From NCBI GenBank assembly GCA_051530055.1, contig CM121341.1, forward strand, positions 17,524,784-17,588,783: a stretch of 64,000 nt of DNA, read 5' to 3'. The position numbers and the translations under genes are program-made. This document shows positions 20,943 to 32,850 of this stretch, piece by piece. Below the pieces are notes generated by a model, which saw only the letters and a list, made by a program, of their open reading frames with translations, had not been told where the DNA came from and did no database searches. How positions within the stretch are numbered: position 1 is the first letter of the stretch; every line of letters begins with the position of its first letter. The DNA comes from Neoechinorhynchus agilis (lineage: Eukaryota > Animalia > Acanthocephala).

Positions 20943-23420
20943 ATGAACAATATGACAGGAAAATTGAGCGTAAGAGATGTTGATCTTGAAAATAAGCGAG
21001 TGATGATTCGAGTGGACTACAATGTTCCATTGGACGAACAAGGAAACGTTACAGACGCAACGAGGATAACCGAAACTTTGGAGACGATATCTTTAGTCAA
21101 ATCAAAGAATCCTCGATGCATTGTTTTGGTTAGTCATTTGGGAAGACCAAAAGGAAGAGATGAGAAGCAAAGTCTCTTGCCAGCAGCCAAAATTCTGGCT
21201 CGAAATTTAAAGGAGCGCGTAACGTTCATCAACGATTGCAAAGGACCTTGCGTTGTGAAGAACGTCTCTCAAGTGACAAATGGTGGAGTTATTGTTCTAG
21301 AGAATTTGAGATTTTATCCAGAGGAAGAGATGGCGATGCTGGACGATGGGAGTGAACCGAATGAAGACGTTCTTACATTTAGACGCGAATTGACAAGTCT
21401 GTGTGACGTATATATAAACGATGCATTTGGTACGGCTCATAGAGCTCATAGTTCAATTGTTGGGATCGATGTACCCTCGCGAGCTATGGGCTTGTTGATG
21501 GAAAAGGAATTGGAAGCTTTGGGTACATTGACAACCAATCCAGCAAAACCGTTTTTGGCGATAATCGGAGGATCGAAAGTCAGCGATAAGATGAAGCTTT
21601 TGTGGAATTTAATTGAAAAAGTCGATTCGATCGTTATTGCTGGAGGAATGACGTTCACGTTTTTGAAAGTTCTACAAAACACAAAAATCGGATCTAGTCT
21701 TTATGATGAGGAAGGCGCAAATGAAGTGGAATCGATTATGAAAGTTGCTATTGAACGAAACGTTGAAGTTTATTTGCCTGAAGATTTTAATTGCTCGAAG
21801 AGTGCGGACGGTACCGAAGTAGAAGGCGTGGTTGTCTTTAATGCTCAGGATGGAATACAGGAAAGATACGCAGGAATGGATATTGGCCCAAAGTCAGTTG
21901 AAAAGATTAAATCAATGATTGAAAGCGCAAAAACGGTACTTTGGAATGGGCCAGTTGGAGTCTTTGAGAAAGACGAATTTGCCAGCGGAACAAAGGAATT
22001 GATGGTTACTCTTGCAGAAGCTACAACTCGAGGACTCATCAGTGTAATTGGTGGCGGCGATACTGGAGCGGCTGCTGCAAAGTTCGGGTTTAAATCCAAA
22101 TTTTCGCATGTGAGTACTGGTGGTGGAGCATCCTTGGAATTTTTAGAAGGAAAGGAGCTACCTGGAATAGCAGCTTTGACCGATGTCACTGAAGCTGCCA
22201 GAAAATCCAAGGTGGCGTCTATTAGGCAGTCGTCTGCTATCAAAGGAAGCGTACCTACCGAGAACACTGAACGAATTTCGAGTTCTATTGCGAGCGCCGA
22301 CAATTCGAAACCAAGCGCCGCACAACTTGAAGAGACGCCCCAAGAAGTCAACGTAGAGAAATTCAAATCCGAGAATGTTGACGATCGGTTAAGTGGCAAG
22401 GCTGTAGGATCAATCGCGGTTGATAGTTCTATAAAAAAGGATTTAAATCTGGGAAATTCTGAGCTTGATAAAAAGCCTGATGAAAGGTTGCCAACGAAAA
22501 TAGTTTCAGAGTTTACGAAATCTTCCATAAATGACAAAAACAAGATTCGAACAGAAGCCAGCAAGGTTGCAGGTGAAAAAGCAGCAAAAGAACAAGTGGA
22601 ACAGTCTTCGGTTAAGATGAACTCGACAATGATGGATCCAAACGCCGTGGAAAACGCAACCGAGGAACCTTTAAGTCTTGAACGTGAGCAGCCGAAACCT
22701 TTATCTACGAAAGCTAACGAGAATTCGGCCTTAGAAAATGAAATGACGCAAGATAAACCGATGAATTCTCAGCCCGCAATGGAAGGGGGTTTAACAACTG
22801 TAAATAAAAATCCCACAATCACCGGAGAAAAATCCCTAAAATTGTCAGAGAAATCGGGTGTTGTGCCGCAAAATGCGCTCGGTCAAGATAAGTTGACGGA
22901 TGGTCAGTCGGCAATACAAAAGGAATTGTCACATAAAAAGTCAGTTGGAACATCAGATGATCCAATCGATACTATTGAGGGCAATGCAGAATCTAATGAG
23001 AAAAATGAAACTTTTCAAAACAGAAAAACTGATCTAAAGGACGATAAAGGATTGTTTGAAGAGAAACAAAAGCCGGAGGAAACCACGATTGGAATGGAGA
23101 ACGCTCAACCAAAGGAAGGACTTGAAATTAAAGAGGATAACGTTGAGAACAATGATAGAACCGCGTTAAAGCAAGACGAACTGAACACGGCTGACCCGAT
23201 CGCTTCACAAGAAAAGGAACCAGCAACAAAAAAATCTAATACCTCAGAGTTAAAAAATGAAAATCAAGACAAGGTGGCTGATATGGACGCTCCAACGGAT
23301 ACTCAAAAGGAGAATGATAAAAAATTGCCAAGTAAATATATTAGACCAGGTTCGATAAAGAGTCCCTTGGATGATGCCATAGCGTTGGAGGAGAGTCAAA
23401 TGCCTCCCGACGAAAGCTAA
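20943..23420 (+). CDS. PGK: phosphoglycerate kinase with ~410 aa E/K/S/N-rich C-terminal extension
   Basis: RVDYNVP, SHLGRP, LENLRF, NDAFGTAHRAHSS, IIGGSKVSDK, WNGPVGVFE, GGGDT, HVSTGGGASLEFLEGK; 825 aa intronless ORF. Confidence 0.97.
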   Translation: MNNMTGKLSVRDVDLENKRVMIRVDYNVPLDEQGNVTDATRITETLETISLVKSKNPRCIVLVSHLGRPKGRDEKQSLLPAAKILARNLKERVTFINDCKGPCVVKNVSQVTNGGVIVLENLRFYPEEEMAMLDDGSEPNEDVLTFRRELTSLCDVYINDAFGTAHRAHSSIVGIDVPSRAMGLLMEKELEALGTLTTNPAKPFLAIIGGSKVSDKMKLLWNLIEKVDSIVIAGGMTFTFLKVLQNTKIGSSLYDEEGANEVESIMKVAIERNVEVYLPEDFNCSKSADGTEVEGVVVFNAQDGIQERYAGMDIGPKSVEKIKSMIESAKTVLWNGPVGVFEKDEFASGTKELMVTLAEATTRGLISVIGGGDTGAAAAKFGFKSKFSHVSTGGGASLEFLEGKELPGIAALTDVTEAARKSKVASIRQSSAIKGSVPTENTERISSSIASADNSKPSAAQLEETPQEVNVEKFKSENVDDRLSGKAVGSIAVDSSIKKDLNLGNSELDKKPDERLPTKIVSEFTKSSINDKNKIRTEASKVAGEKAAKEQVEQSSVKMNSTMMDPNAVENATEEPLSLEREQPKPLSTKANENSALENEMTQDKPMNSQPAMEGGLTTVNKNPTITGEKSLKLSEKSGVVPQNALGQDKLTDGQSAIQKELSHKKSVGTSDDPIDTIEGNAESNEKNETFQNRKTDLKDDKGLFEEKQKPEETTIGMENAQPKEGLEIKEDNVENNDRTALKQDELNTADPIASQEKEPATKKSNTSELKNENQDKVADMDAPTDTQKENDKKLPSKYIRPGSIKSPLDDAIALEESQMPPDES

Positions 23421-23517
23421 TACTGAGGATTTTGAAAGTTTTTATTAAATAACATTGCATGAGTAATTACTAATTTACTATTTGCAGCTTATAACAAATT
23501 TTAAACGGCATCAACCC

Positions 23518-26500
23518 TGTGGTGAAACCGGAACAAAGGTTTTTAATCAACTTGTAACATTGCTACAAAAATGCACACAAAAAAACGATTACCACAATAA
23601 CAATCGATACACGCCATCACGCATTTTACGTCATTTTCCCCATCTTTTTCCTTTTTTTCCGGTTGTTTTATTGTGGATACTTCAGCGGCACCTTTTTAAT
23701 TCTTGTTGATCTGCGCAAAAGGGGAGGGAGGTTCCTTCAGCTCTTCCGTAATAGAGCTTCCACTTGGTTGGTCATGGTCTGAGTGAGTTGGAAGTATTTC
23801 GTCTCCCTGCGAATCATCATCCATTTCCTTCGGTTCGTCGTTCTCAGCCGTTGGATTCTCCGCTATACCTCTTTCGGATTTAGCTAAGCTTGGAATTTCG
23901 CTCGGTAATCGACTTAAATCCCTCGTGGATACTGTCGATTCAATACCATTCGGTTAACGAATATGCGCATAGGACGGATTGGCTTCCAAAAGTTCCACTT
24001 CCTGAACGAAAGGGTCAAACTTGCCAATCTGGCAATGCCGTCCCCAATCCCGAACGTCGCGGGAAGGTGAAGAAGCGTTCGTGCGGAGTCGCATTTGAAG
24101 TTCGAACAAGCAGCGATCGAATCGAATGCATTGCGACAGGCAAAACTTCCTCCCATCTGGCCAGGTTCATATTTCTAGTTTTGAGTGCTAGGCAGACAGC
24201 TTTCCAAATCGTTCCATTAAACTTTTCGATTTGACCATTGCCCATCGGGTGGTATGGAGTCGTCTTACTAACTGACACACCACTCTTCCTACGGAAATCC
24301 TTGACATCCGAACTTAGAAACGGCATTCCTCGATCGCTAGCGAAAATATCTCAGTTAAACACCGAATGACGGTAGTACTCTTCATATCGGCACAAGGTAT
24401 AGCAAAGGGAAACCTGCTGTATTCGTCGACCGCAGTGAACAAATATTTGTTATTAATTGGGGAGTGCAGAGGTCCTTTAAAGTCAACGGACAAGCGATCC
24501 ATTGGTTTTATGACTTGAATGAGCTGATTACGGTCTTTGTCGGGCGAGTAAAATTGAGGCTTCGATTCAGCACCGAACATAATGCATGAGCCTAGCCACG
24601 CCTGGATGGCATAATTGGTCGGGGATTCGAGAGAGCATATTTACATCAGTTGTCGATGCACATACTCGTGAAAACGCATCTGCAGCCCAATTTTGAGGTC
24701 CTGGTCGATATCGAATGGTTTAACTTAGATCCGCTACCTCTATCCGCCATGATAGAATTTTATTGTTTTTTATTTTCGTTCTCTTCCTGCTATCCATCAT
24801 AAAAGCTATACTCGAAGAAAGTAAATATCTCCACTTCCTTACCGCCTCTATTATAACCATTGCTTCCTTTTCAGCAGCGGTGTAAAGGGATTCAGTAAGG
24901 TTCAAAGTCCTGGACATGAATGCGACCGGTCGACTGTTTTAACTCAATACTGCTGAAATCGCTATGTCTGACGCGTCACACTCTACCGTGAATGGTTGAT
25001 TTTCGTCGATCGACCCCAACGATGCTTTCGCCAATATGCTCTTGAGTTAAGGCAGATACTTCTTCTGCCTTCATAGGGAATTTGCAGCATCCGATGAGTG
25101 GCGCAATTTAGTCCGAGAATCCTTCGATCCATTTCGCATAATACGCGAACATCCCAACAACACGCCTAAAACTAGAAGCATTGCAGGGAACAGGGAGTTC
25201 CAGTAAGGGTCGCAATCTTTCGGGATCCGGTGAAATAATATTATTAGCGATGCTGTAGCCCATTAGCTCTATCTTCCTTACTGATCGTACTGATTTGTTA
25301 TCTTTCAGTTTTAGATTACGTCGTTTTGCAGCCGCCAATAATTTTTGTACATTCGCATCATGCTCTTCTTGGGTGTTCCCAGTAATCGTGACATTGTCCA
25401 CATAAGGAAAAACGCAATTTAACTTCTCCTGTGCAATCATGTCTTCCATAGCCCGTTGAAATGCAGAAACTTCATTGGTAACCCCAAAGGGAATTTTTGT
25501 AAGCTGGTAGAGCTTCCCATTTGCTTCGAATCCGGTATAGGGCCTTTCCTTTTCTGGGATACTCACTTGATGGTATGCACTCTTTAAATCAAATGTGGAA
25601 AATATTTTGTATTGGACGATTGTATTGACCATCTCATGCATGTTAGGTATGGGATACGCATCCAAACGAGTATATTGGTTCATAGTTTACGAGTAGTCAA
25701 CCACACATACGTTTTCTATCTTTGATCTGCTCACCTTTTACAACGACGATTTGAGCCCTCCACGCAGATTTGCTCGGCTCAATCACTCCTTCATTCAAAG
25801 TCTGTTAATCTCTCCACGGATAAAGTCTCGATCCTCGCGGCGATATAATCGTGATCTACTAGCTATTGGTTTGATGTTATCCTTAACACTTTCAAATAGT
25901 GGAGCTTCCAATAAACTTGCATTCATCACTTGACAAAATTCTTTAGATCCACGTATCAATAGCTCATCTCCCGGACCGTCGTATACAAATTTGACACAAC
26001 TGTGTCTCTTCTGAAAATCCTATCCTAAGATTACGTCCCCACAAAGGTTCTTTAGGATGTTGAGTTTGATATCTTTATATTGCTTGTCAATCAACTCGAA
26101 GTCCGCAATACATTAACTTTCGATCTCGAGTTGCTTTGATGTGGAAGCTAAGGTTACATTACCAATTGCAGGCAGAGTGCTCAGCTTTAATCTTTTAGCC
26201 ACATCATCATTAATAAATGAACAGGTGATAGCTGAATCAATTATTGCTAGCAAACGATGACCCTGAATTATAATAGGAAGAGAAACATCGTATAAAGACT
26301 TAAGAAAAGGAGATTTGTCTTTGACTCCTCCTGCAACGGAGCAGAAATCGATGGCGGCAGAGAGTTTATCTTCTTGAATGTTTTTCTTTGATTGGCCCAT
26401 TGCTCGCCAGTGCCCTTTTTTCCCGCAATTAGTGCAATTCGATTCTTTTGCTGGGCATTTGTATCGTGGGTGGCGTGGCTTCCCACAAAACCAGCATTTC

Positions 26501-27258
26501 CTTGTGGTAACTTTCATCATTACCACCTGATCTCCATTTTCCATCTTGTCCGGTTCCTCTTTGCTGCAGCTACTGTAGAAAACGTCGGACGCAAATAGAG
26601 ATCTGCATTTTTCTGAGCGCTTTCTAAAGATTTCGATATTAAAACTGCCTCGTCCAGAGATAGACCGTCTTTTTCTAACAGTCGTTGTCGGATTAATGGC
26701 GATGATATTCCAGCAAAAGAGTCGCAAACTAACTCTAATCTGTATTCTTCAGGAGTTGCCGCTTTCAACTGACAGCCTCTGCTGATCAGGTGGAGGGCTT
26801 GAAGGTATTCATCTATTGATTCTGACGGCTTTTGTGTTCGGTTAAATAAGGTCTACCTCGAGAATATCGTATTCTCCTTTTTAATATAATAACCATCAAG
26901 AATTTGGATCGCTTTCTCATAAGTGTCAACTTCGGCAACTAATTCATAAACTGTAGGAGAGATAAATCGTACCAGACATTTGAGCTTGTCTACTTTCTGA
27001 TCCTTGATCGATTCCATGAAATTTTCCAGCATTTGTTTCCAGTGTCTGTAATCTCGTGATGCTAAAGTAGAATTAGGTTCTGTTTGTAATTTGCCTGGTT
27101 GTAAGATTCGATCCATTGCAATTTGATTAAATTGTGGTGAAACCGGAACAACGGGTTTTAATCAACTTGTAACTTTGCTACAAAAATGCACACAAAAAAC
27201 CACACACACACGACCACCACAATAACAATCGATACACGTCATCTCGCATTTTACGTCA
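23518..27258 (-). mobile_element. Ty3/gypsy LTR retrotransposon, full length but frameshifted
   Basis: TG..CA LTRs at 23518-23633 and 27133-27258; AACCC target-site duplication; polypurine tract 23634-23660; gag, CCHC, protease IIDSA, RT YVDN, RNase H and integrase VDFKGP/YHPMGNGQIE in gypsy order. Confidence 0.95.
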
Positions 27259-27334
27259 AACCCAGCTTTAAAAATCGCCTTTATCGCAGACTATCTTTCT
27301 TATATTTTAATTTTTCGCATGATCAGACTACGAA

Positions 27335-27622
27335 CTAAATCTTTAATGACTTTATTTGTTCTTCTGCTTTTTTAGCATCGTCGTCACCCATAAGCATGAC
27401 TGGATCGATTGTAATAGTTCGTGTATTGATTCTAGCTGGCAGTGATTCCAAATCTTCTTCGATTTGAAATCTCTTAGCCAATCTCTTACTCTCTTCCTCC
27501 AGTCGGCGGGCTACATAAGTTTCTCGGTCTGGGTCGCGAGTTCGAGAGCTGTACTCTTTGATTTTGGCAACAAATGTGCGTTGGATGATTCCGGCTACTT
27601 TTGCAGCCTCACGATGTGCCAT
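27335..27622 (-). CDS. ATP5PF: ATP synthase coupling factor 6-like (peripheral stalk)
   Basis: IIQRTFVAKIKEY..LEEESKRLAKRF..DLESLP aligns with F6 PIQKLFVDKIREY..LERELFKLKQMF..DMNTFP; any 5' exon is unresolved. Confidence 0.65.
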   Translation of the reverse strand: MAHREAAKVAGIIQRTFVAKIKEYSSRTRDPDRETYVARRLEEESKRLAKRFQIEEDLESLPARINTRTITIDPVMLMGDDDAKKAEEQIKSLKI

Positions 27623-27748
27623 CTGAAATTAAAGTTTAAAAAAGCGATATTGTGACTTAATGTCTTCATGGAAAATACTCCTAAGCGTTTCACTTAAATT
27701 TAATTTGTAAAGAAGTTGTTCATGAATGTATTTTATTTGGTGATTTTG

Positions 27749-27918
27749 AAAATAGAGACTGATTATTTCCTTTTCCCAATATTTCGCCCGTCTCGTCGGA
27801 CTTCAGGTTTCCTGTGAGTTTTCTACGATTTAAGCCTGTGTTGTAGAAAGCCTACAGGAAATCTAAAGTCCGACGAAATATTGTGAAAAGTAATTTACAA
27901 ATCAATCGCTATTTTCTC
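27749..27918. repeat. ~170 bp hairpin element with degenerate hammerhead-like arms
   Basis: tcgtcggacttcaggtttcctgt pairs with acaggaaatctaaagtccgacga; minus arm ctgaa-GTCC..GGGC-GAAA-TAT; related remnant at ~29020-29055. Confidence 0.6.
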
Positions 27919-28220
27919 AATTATTTAATTTACTTTTTGGTTGTTTCACTTGATTTGCGTTTTTAATGATATAAAAGAAGGCGAAGATCGATAAAGGCGA
28001 TCATGACATTGAAGTGGTTTAAGTACAATCATTAAAGGTTCTGAATCGGGAATTGCCGAAATCTTTCTCAGCATTTTACATTGTTCGGCATTATTTCATT
28101 AGGAACGGAAAAATTAACTATTTTCATCTCGTTCCACTGATTGTTCGAATTTTAGACTTTAATTCTGAACCTATTGAATCGCCCTTACAATTTCTATGAA
28201 TTTTTGTATTATAGTTACAC

Positions 28221-28380
28221 TTTTTATTGCGAATTATAATAATTGATAATTTTCGGCCTCCGCGTAGGCCTTCTTCAGTCTATTGTTAATGTTAAATCCG
28301 CACTTGAACGTCCTTAAACAATAGACTGAAGAAGGCCGAAAATTATCAAATAAATCAATCATTATAACTCGCTATAAAAA
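28221..28380. ncRNA. hairpin element with a hammerhead motif in each arm (minus 28241-28287; plus 28317-28351)
   Basis: caataga-CTGAAGA-A-GGCC tacgcgga GGCC-GAAA-AT-T-A-tcaatt (palindromic AAUU stem III); the plus arm has stem II reduced to GGCC. Confidence 0.7.
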
Positions 28381-29580
28381 ATAAATGATGAACATCTTTA
28401 CAATTATAGTTACAATCAGTATTCACCATTCTCCCACAATTCTTTCATTTTCCAATGAATTGAAAGATTCGACGTGAATATTGAATTCATATAGTGGAAG
28501 ACTTAATGCCTTTAAGAAAAAACAAAGATTTGGTGCACTTCTTCCGCAATATCAATTTTGCGTCTTTGTGACGTTATTGTAGAAATCGTGTCTTCTTCAA
28601 CTTCAATAGGACCGGTAAGATTTGAATGAATTTTATTGTTGAATTATTGAATTATTGACTTCCAACATTTAAAATATTCTACTTTTCATAGTTTTATCAT
28701 TTAAACGCCTTTTGATTTGGCCCAAATATGGATAAGAAGGTTTCAGTTGAAGACTTTTGCTATCGCTAAATAATTTTTTTATGTACGTTGAAAAATTCAA
28801 GTCGTCTAAAATTTCGAACCGGTATCAAAATCAGGTAACGTTTCTGGCTATAAAGATATCTTAAATATTCATAGATCCTAAGAAAAATTTCGTCAATTCT
28901 TGAGTCTTTTATCTTTTCGTATTCAGAATCAACCTTTGTTATTTTAAAATATAGTGTCTATATTAAATTTAATATATGTGTTCTTTGGTGATTATAAAAG
29001 TAGAGACTGTTTTATTGATCTCAATACTTCGTCCGTCTCGTCGGAATCAAGGCAATTTTATAATTTATTATTCAAAATAAGACGCCACAAAAACTGCAAT
29101 TTCACATTTTATGCTGTTTCTTTTGTAAACTTAAACGCCGCCAATTGGCTGACCAAGAAGTAGATCTCATTGTCTTAAAATTTAGACCTAGCGGACATTC
29201 ACACTTACTTGACTATCGCATTTCATTTTTGATTTAAAGCATTCGATGATTTACTTGGTTTTCACCCTTTTTATTTTTTTAATTGTGTCATATTCCTTTT
29301 TAAAAATTTTGTTATTAAAAGTTTATTCCAAGAATTCTCGGAGGAACTTGTCATATATTAGCATTCTTGATTAATTTCAATGCCTTTATTTTCAATTATC
29401 GCCATTCAAATCCTTCATAAAAACTTCATCACACTTTGTTTTCTCTTTCTATTGCCGAATCATGAATCGAAGTGATTCCAATATTCACTAATCATTAACG
29501 GTCCTTCGATCCCACTTTGAAACGTCTTGCAATCGTAGTTATAATGGTTAATGTTTTACAAAGATCTAGATAATTAGGAA

Positions 29581-29648
29581 TCTGGTGATCATAATCCCAC
29601 AAGAATCATAATTGTTGAAATGAAATATCTGGGATTATGATCACCGGA
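29581..29648. repeat. short hairpin related to the 53727 family, lacking the ribozyme core
   Basis: tctggtgatcataatccca pairs with tgggattatgatcaccgga. Confidence 0.55.
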
Positions 29649-30079
29649 AATTCAATTCTATCGTCCCTAAGGATCCAGATAATATTCAGTACGCAATATA
29701 CACACCATTATTTTATATGGTTAAATTTTTCAAAGGCCAAATAGGGTAATTTATCGATTAAACAAACCATCTTTATCATTTTTTAAAAACTCATCTTGTT
29801 CACTATGAACTTTCTGCTGCGGACGCCGTCTAAGTATGGTCGAGGTAAAATAACCAGCCATAATTCCTTTATTATAGACGATTTTGTGATTCATTGGGGG
29901 ACACCTGTAAACTCTAATTTTAAATCGCAGTTTTTCTTAAATAGTCGTCATTTTGACAATATTTCATCCAAAGTTTGATCGCTGTGGACGATTTTAAACA
30001 CAAAAAGGAGTCACTTCCAACTTTTCTTAACAAATAATTGCTGTAGCGCTTGCGACCGCCTTGTACTTTTCCTCCCAAG

Positions 30080-31284
30080 ATGCTGCAAGCTATGGTCTTT
30101 ACAAAGACCCTAATCAAGAATCATAGCATCGTGTTCTTTGGCAGTGATCAATTCTCTATTATAATGTTAAATAAAATATGGGTACGTCTCTTCTAATCAT
30201 TTCAATTTCCATTCAATCCTCTGTGCACTCCGTGGAGGTCTATCCTGTAATCATATTTTAATCTAATAAAGAATACCCAGAATCACCCATTCGTCGTCTC
30301 CTGTTGGCTAAAAGTATTCTTTAGAAACTTGAAACATCAAGACTGTGTGCTGTTGTTTCAGCCGCGAAACCGCATTCATCAATCGTTTCATTCTGTAAGA
30401 CACTTGGAATCAAATGGGTTCCTTGGTCTGATGTGAGTGACGATCATATAAGCGATGGAATGTTTAAACTGTCTATGGAGGTGTGATGACTCTTGAATAG
30501 TCATAGTCAAGCGGAGTGAACCCACACGCCTACACGTAGTTTCTACACTTAATGTCTTTGACTGTGAACACGCTGATTGCATCCGGCGGAAGTTTATGGC
30601 TGAGTGCACTATCATTACCGATCGTTCTTTTTTTCTACCCCCTTCTATAATCGAATTTAATTACAAACTATGCCATTTTCGAAAGTACACTAAACATAAA
30701 TCTTATTGAAACTTCATCTTTCCGTTGAAACATTCCATCGGGTAACAGACTGCGAAGGCAAGGATTTCGGGATTGTTGCTTCATTCGGGAAACGGATACC
30801 TTCAAAGATTCTCAGAACGTTCAAAAGGTTCGTGTTAAAATTCCACTAGGCATTTATATTTGCTCAAATTGGCCCTCTTCCAGGGGATGCATCAATGTAC
30901 ATCCGAGTCTTATTCCGAAATTTCGAGGAGCTTCTCCACTGTATCACACCGTATTGAAGAACGAAAAAGAGAGCGGTGTTACATTTTTATTGATTGAACC
31001 TAATGACTCTTCAAAGTCAGTGATTTCTTTATTTCGCGTAGGGAAATTTCGAATATTCTTTTTAGAATTGACAGTGGACGAATTCTAAAACAAGTCCGAT
31101 TCAGGATTAATGAAAACTCGAGTGTTGAAGAATTGAGAGATTTGACGGGTCAAATAGCTGGACAGGAGGTTTCGTTTCTTACACTTTTGCTTAAAAATAA
31201 CTTACTTTTCAAAGATTGAATCTGTTCTCGATAGTTTCGAAAGTTTAAAATCTAATGCGTTGTACCAACGGAGTTATGACTCTT
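30080..31284 (+). CDS. MTFMT: mitochondrial methionyl-tRNA formyltransferase (multi-exon; 3' end unresolved)
   Basis: manually spliced over GT-AG introns: IVFFGSDQF | ..WVPWSDV | NCEGKDFGIVASFGKRIP | GCINVHPSLIPKFRGASPLYHTVL..GVT | IDSGRILKQ. Confidence 0.88.
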
Positions 31285-32850
31285 CACAAGGTTTGACATT
31301 TTTGGAGAAATGCTCTTAGGTACTAACAGTTTTCTGCTGAAAACAATTATCCATAACAGCAGGCTTATGGCGTGTCAATTACGTTTTCCTAAGCATTATG
31401 AATGTTTTTTGAAGGAGCAGCTTTACTCTTGAATATTAATGGACGTCAATCAACACAGATCTCATCTAATGCGTCCCCAAACGCTTAGAGTTTTTATTTT
31501 TATCAGCATTTAAATTCCGTTGAAGATTCTGCATGTGAAAGAAATGAGGCTTTTGTATGCGATTCCATGACCCATTTCCTCTCAATCTCAAGCGTATCAG
31601 ATTGCTTTCAATGAGTTAGAACTTCGCAAAAGACCATAACCATGAACTTTAGCGTCGTTATTTTTTTATAACTAGTTAAAGAACTTTTATAACATTCACT
31701 TTTCCTTGTCGTTGCGGGAAGATCTTCTTTGAAGAGAAACAACATAATATATTTCAACTAATTTTCCCAGCATTCTAAAAAAATTTCAAAGTAGTGATAA
31801 AACAAAAATTGGTTTTTAGAAATCTTTAGATAAGTTCAAATAATTAAAATTGATTTTTTCTTAGATTCTCTTTTATTGCCGATAATCGTTCTGGTATTTT
31901 AATACATCTACAATTTCGGTGATAAATTTGAACTGGATTTAAACAGTTTTTCTCTCTCTTTAAAAGATAGGCATTTGATAGTGATTTTATATGCAGAGTC
32001 TCTTTTGTTTCGCTGATATATCATCCAGAAAACCGTATGGCGGCGATCAACGACGATTAATGTTTTCCGGCACACAGTAGTTCCTTTCTAGGATTTATAC
32101 GAAATCTTGCGATACATATGAATCATACTCCTGCCGGCAATCTCAAATCCTACATTTCCGCATTAATTATGATATTTTGAATGATGTTTTAAGGGGCGAA
32201 ACGCGAACCTTTTGTCATAGCAATTTTTCATAGTTTCTTGCAACGAGCCTTAAAATTCGTCCATTTTACACTGCATAGCACCTAAAATTCGCAAAATCAA
32301 TCTTTTCGTCAATTGGACTGGCTGCTCGAACAATGAAATCTATAGACAGTACCTCGCATTCGGACAAAATGTATATTCATTTTGTTTATTTTCTCTAAAA
32401 ATAATATTACACAATGTTAAGTATGGGTTGAAAAGTCGATTCGATCGATTTACTGTAACGATTCGTGAAATGGTAACGCCAATTAGTTCTCTAGGTGAGA
32501 ATTTCATGAATTAGGTTTATAAAAAAAGCTATAGATAACTACTTGACCACTTGTTATCCGCGCATTGAGCCTGGATTCACGGTGTATGTCCCACATTTGA
32601 TTTGTTTGGCCACTCGATGTAAGGTTGTATTCCTCACCTAATTCAAATGCATTGCTCAAAAGCATCTTAGGTTGGATGGATTATGTACAGGAAGATAGTG
32701 TGTAAAAAGCCGATGACGGCATCCGATTTTCACAGTGGATACCTTCATAAAACAAATGTTATTTTTCAATCTATTAATAATGAGTTGGAATTTTAATAAC
32801 AATTTTGGAATGCTGTAATTTATGCAACTTTTTTCGCTCTAATTTTCAGA

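Noticed and set aside
22470-22510. CTGATGA..GAAA hammerhead-like string in PGK
   Set aside because: Coding sequence; stems I and III do not form
21845-22564. 239 aa antisense ORF (and its copy at 52003-52722)
   Set aside because: Shadow of the PGK frame; the same applies to antisense ORFs over the LRR, gypsy and CRE regions
30330-30470. integrase-like SDQGTH on the minus strand
   Set aside because: Antisense shadow of an MTFMT exon
30670-30720. apparent 31-nt non-canonical intron in MTFMT (YAIFE-NLSV)
   Set aside because: The true homologous exon is 30325-30436 and a GT-AG intron spans this region. This is a reminder that by-eye junction inference can mislead.
30700-30780. hAT-like TRWN motif on the minus strand
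   Set aside because: Overlaps an MTFMT intron/exon; no other transposase motifs
31016-31041. 26-nt intron giving an 11-residue insertion in MTFMT
   Set aside because: The downstream acceptor at 31065 gives a normal 50-nt intron and a better alignment
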